Assembly: GCA_002633005.1 (NCBI GenBank)
Contig: NMRA01000072.1
Coordinates: 144,952 to 208,951 of the forward strand
Source: Phoronis australis
Lineage: Eukaryota; Animalia; Phoronida
Reading direction: 5' to 3'
Length of the DNA stretch: 64,000 nt
The notes under the pieces are model-generated. The model did not search any database and had not been told where the DNA came from. It was given only the letters and a program-made list of their open reading frames with translations. Numbering within the stretch: position 1 is the stretch's first letter; each line of letters begins with the position of its first letter. The position numbers and the translations under genes are program-made. Shown piece after piece: positions 62,697 to 64,000 of this stretch.

Positions 62697-62810
62697 TTAT
62701 TCCATGTTGAGCTTGTCATAGTCTGTGCCCTGTTCATACTCCTTCACTACACGTTCTGGTTCAGTCAGTTCAACACCACACTCCTCAACGGTCTTGTAGA
62801 AAATGGCTGC
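62697..62810 (-). CDS. Probable terminal coding exon of an unidentified gene
   Basis: An acceptor ttattgcag| precedes an open frame with coding-like codon usage, AAIFYKTVEECGVELTEPERVVKEYEQGTDYDKLNME*. AATAAA signals lie on the minus strand at ~62575-62592. Confidence 0.6.
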   Translation of the reverse strand, partial: AAIFYKTVEECGVELTEPERVVKEYEQGTDYDKLNME

Positions 62811-63146
62811 CTGCAATAATGACACACACTTTCTATGAATCAAATTCATATGCAAACCACTAATTACATATATGGTACTGATTTGAATAATATTCTTCAT
62901 TTGAGACTAAAATAATAGCTGAAATTACCATATTTACAAAGGCTCGTGTTGTTACTTACAAATGGGCAGATTCTACCACATGTTGATTGGTAACGGTAAC
63001 ATTTTCTGATGAAAGTTATTTCTGTCACGAAATGTGACGAATCAAAATAGAACTTTCATTTCCACCATGATGTGTCCTGTACTGAAGAATGGATTGAGTA
63101 ATATAAGCTTTTCCAAAACAGACACTAAGCTCTTACTTTGTAATGN

Positions 63147-63502
63147 ATGGAGACAGTTTGAGATTCATAGATCCTTATAATTGAAAAAAATGTTCATTGA
63201 AACTATAGACACATGGTGAACAGAGACACCTGGTGGCTGCCAAAAGTATTGCTCACAGGCTACTTTAGTTTTTGACAATATTGGACAAGACAACTAGTTC
63301 TTGTCTGTCAATCATCTAAGTTCTTAACAGGTCCTCCTGGAGGCAGTTTGTTTGCAAGTGTTGGATTTTATATTTTAACCTATTAAAAATAATTAAAAAA
63401 TTATGGGTCATGGGTTGGAGAAATAAATGAAAAGTATGGGCGGTGGGTACGAAATAAAAGTGCCTTCCCCCCCCTCCCATACAGATTTTGCTGGAACAGC
63501 CC
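63147..63502. mobile_element. Right part of a second copy of the Harbinger-type MITE
   Basis: It matches 55746-55855 and 56400-56551 and ends ctggaacagccc|tta. The left part is lost at N63146. Confidence 0.8.
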
Positions 63503-64000
63503 TTACTGTGGCAACCAGAGTTGTAAGGATTATATGAATGCATGCAAGTTATTTTGCATCACAAACAAAATTGTGAACATGAAGTAGTTTGTCTCTTGTT
63601 TTGAGTGCAATCTATATTGCGAAAAAAATTAACTTTAAAATCTGTATCATTACAGTGATTTCACAAAGGCAAATGTGACTTTAATCAGTAAAATAATAAT
63701 TAAAATGGATGGGTGACATGGTGTGAATCATAAAATACCAGTGCAACCACGCTTATAAAATTGACACATGTAAAGGTTACCCCCTCTACGTTTAAGCTGG
63801 TTTGGTGGTGTATCAAAGAATGATTAATGACCAGTTATAGTGTATATACTGACAATGTTGCTGGCGTTGTGGTCTTTTAATTGAACAGAGAATCTAGGTG
63901 GCAAATAACACTCATGTCCTTAGCAATTTTAAGTTTCTTAACCATTAAACGAAATCATGTAGTCAGTAAAACTCAAATACACATACAAGTGCTGTGCATG
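63503..64000 (+). repeat. Near-identical duplicate of 61787-62286
   Basis: Collinear over ~500 bp with scattered substitutions and small indels. Confidence 0.92.

Noticed and set aside
62953-63085. Possible penultimate exon of the unknown gene, or a hammerhead-like ctgatga..gaaa hairpin
   Set aside because: All three minus-strand frames contain stops after the candidate acceptor. The hammerhead core lacks a proper stem II and flanking helices.

Overview
This is a eukaryotic (animal, probably marine invertebrate; inferred) genomic window with GT-AG introns, moderately AT-rich and dense in non-autonomous DNA transposons. Supported genes, in order: QPRT (+, 3 coding exons), tRNA-Trp(CCA) (-), a transmembrane LRR-Ig receptor (-), a divergently transcribed, probably GPI-anchored LRR protein (+), PSMA7 (-, 6 exons) head-to-head with HAUS4 (+, 8 exons), and the last exon of an unidentified gene (-). 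Mobile and repeat content includes 5-bp-TSD CA..TG MITEs, PIF/Harbinger MITEs, a tRNA-derived SINE, a truncated Ty3/Gypsy element and several long palindromes. The most striking non-genic structure is a Helentron-like element at 42.2-43.9 kb holding about 10 co-oriented CTCF-like motifs at ~150-bp spacing. A second palindromic element carries back-to-back CTCF-like motifs in a QPRT intron. Single N bases (7839, 23141, 51753, 63146) may mark assembly joins, and the last 500 bp duplicate 61787-62286. No prokaryote-type system (CRISPR, operon) is present. All calls were made by eye, with no database searches.
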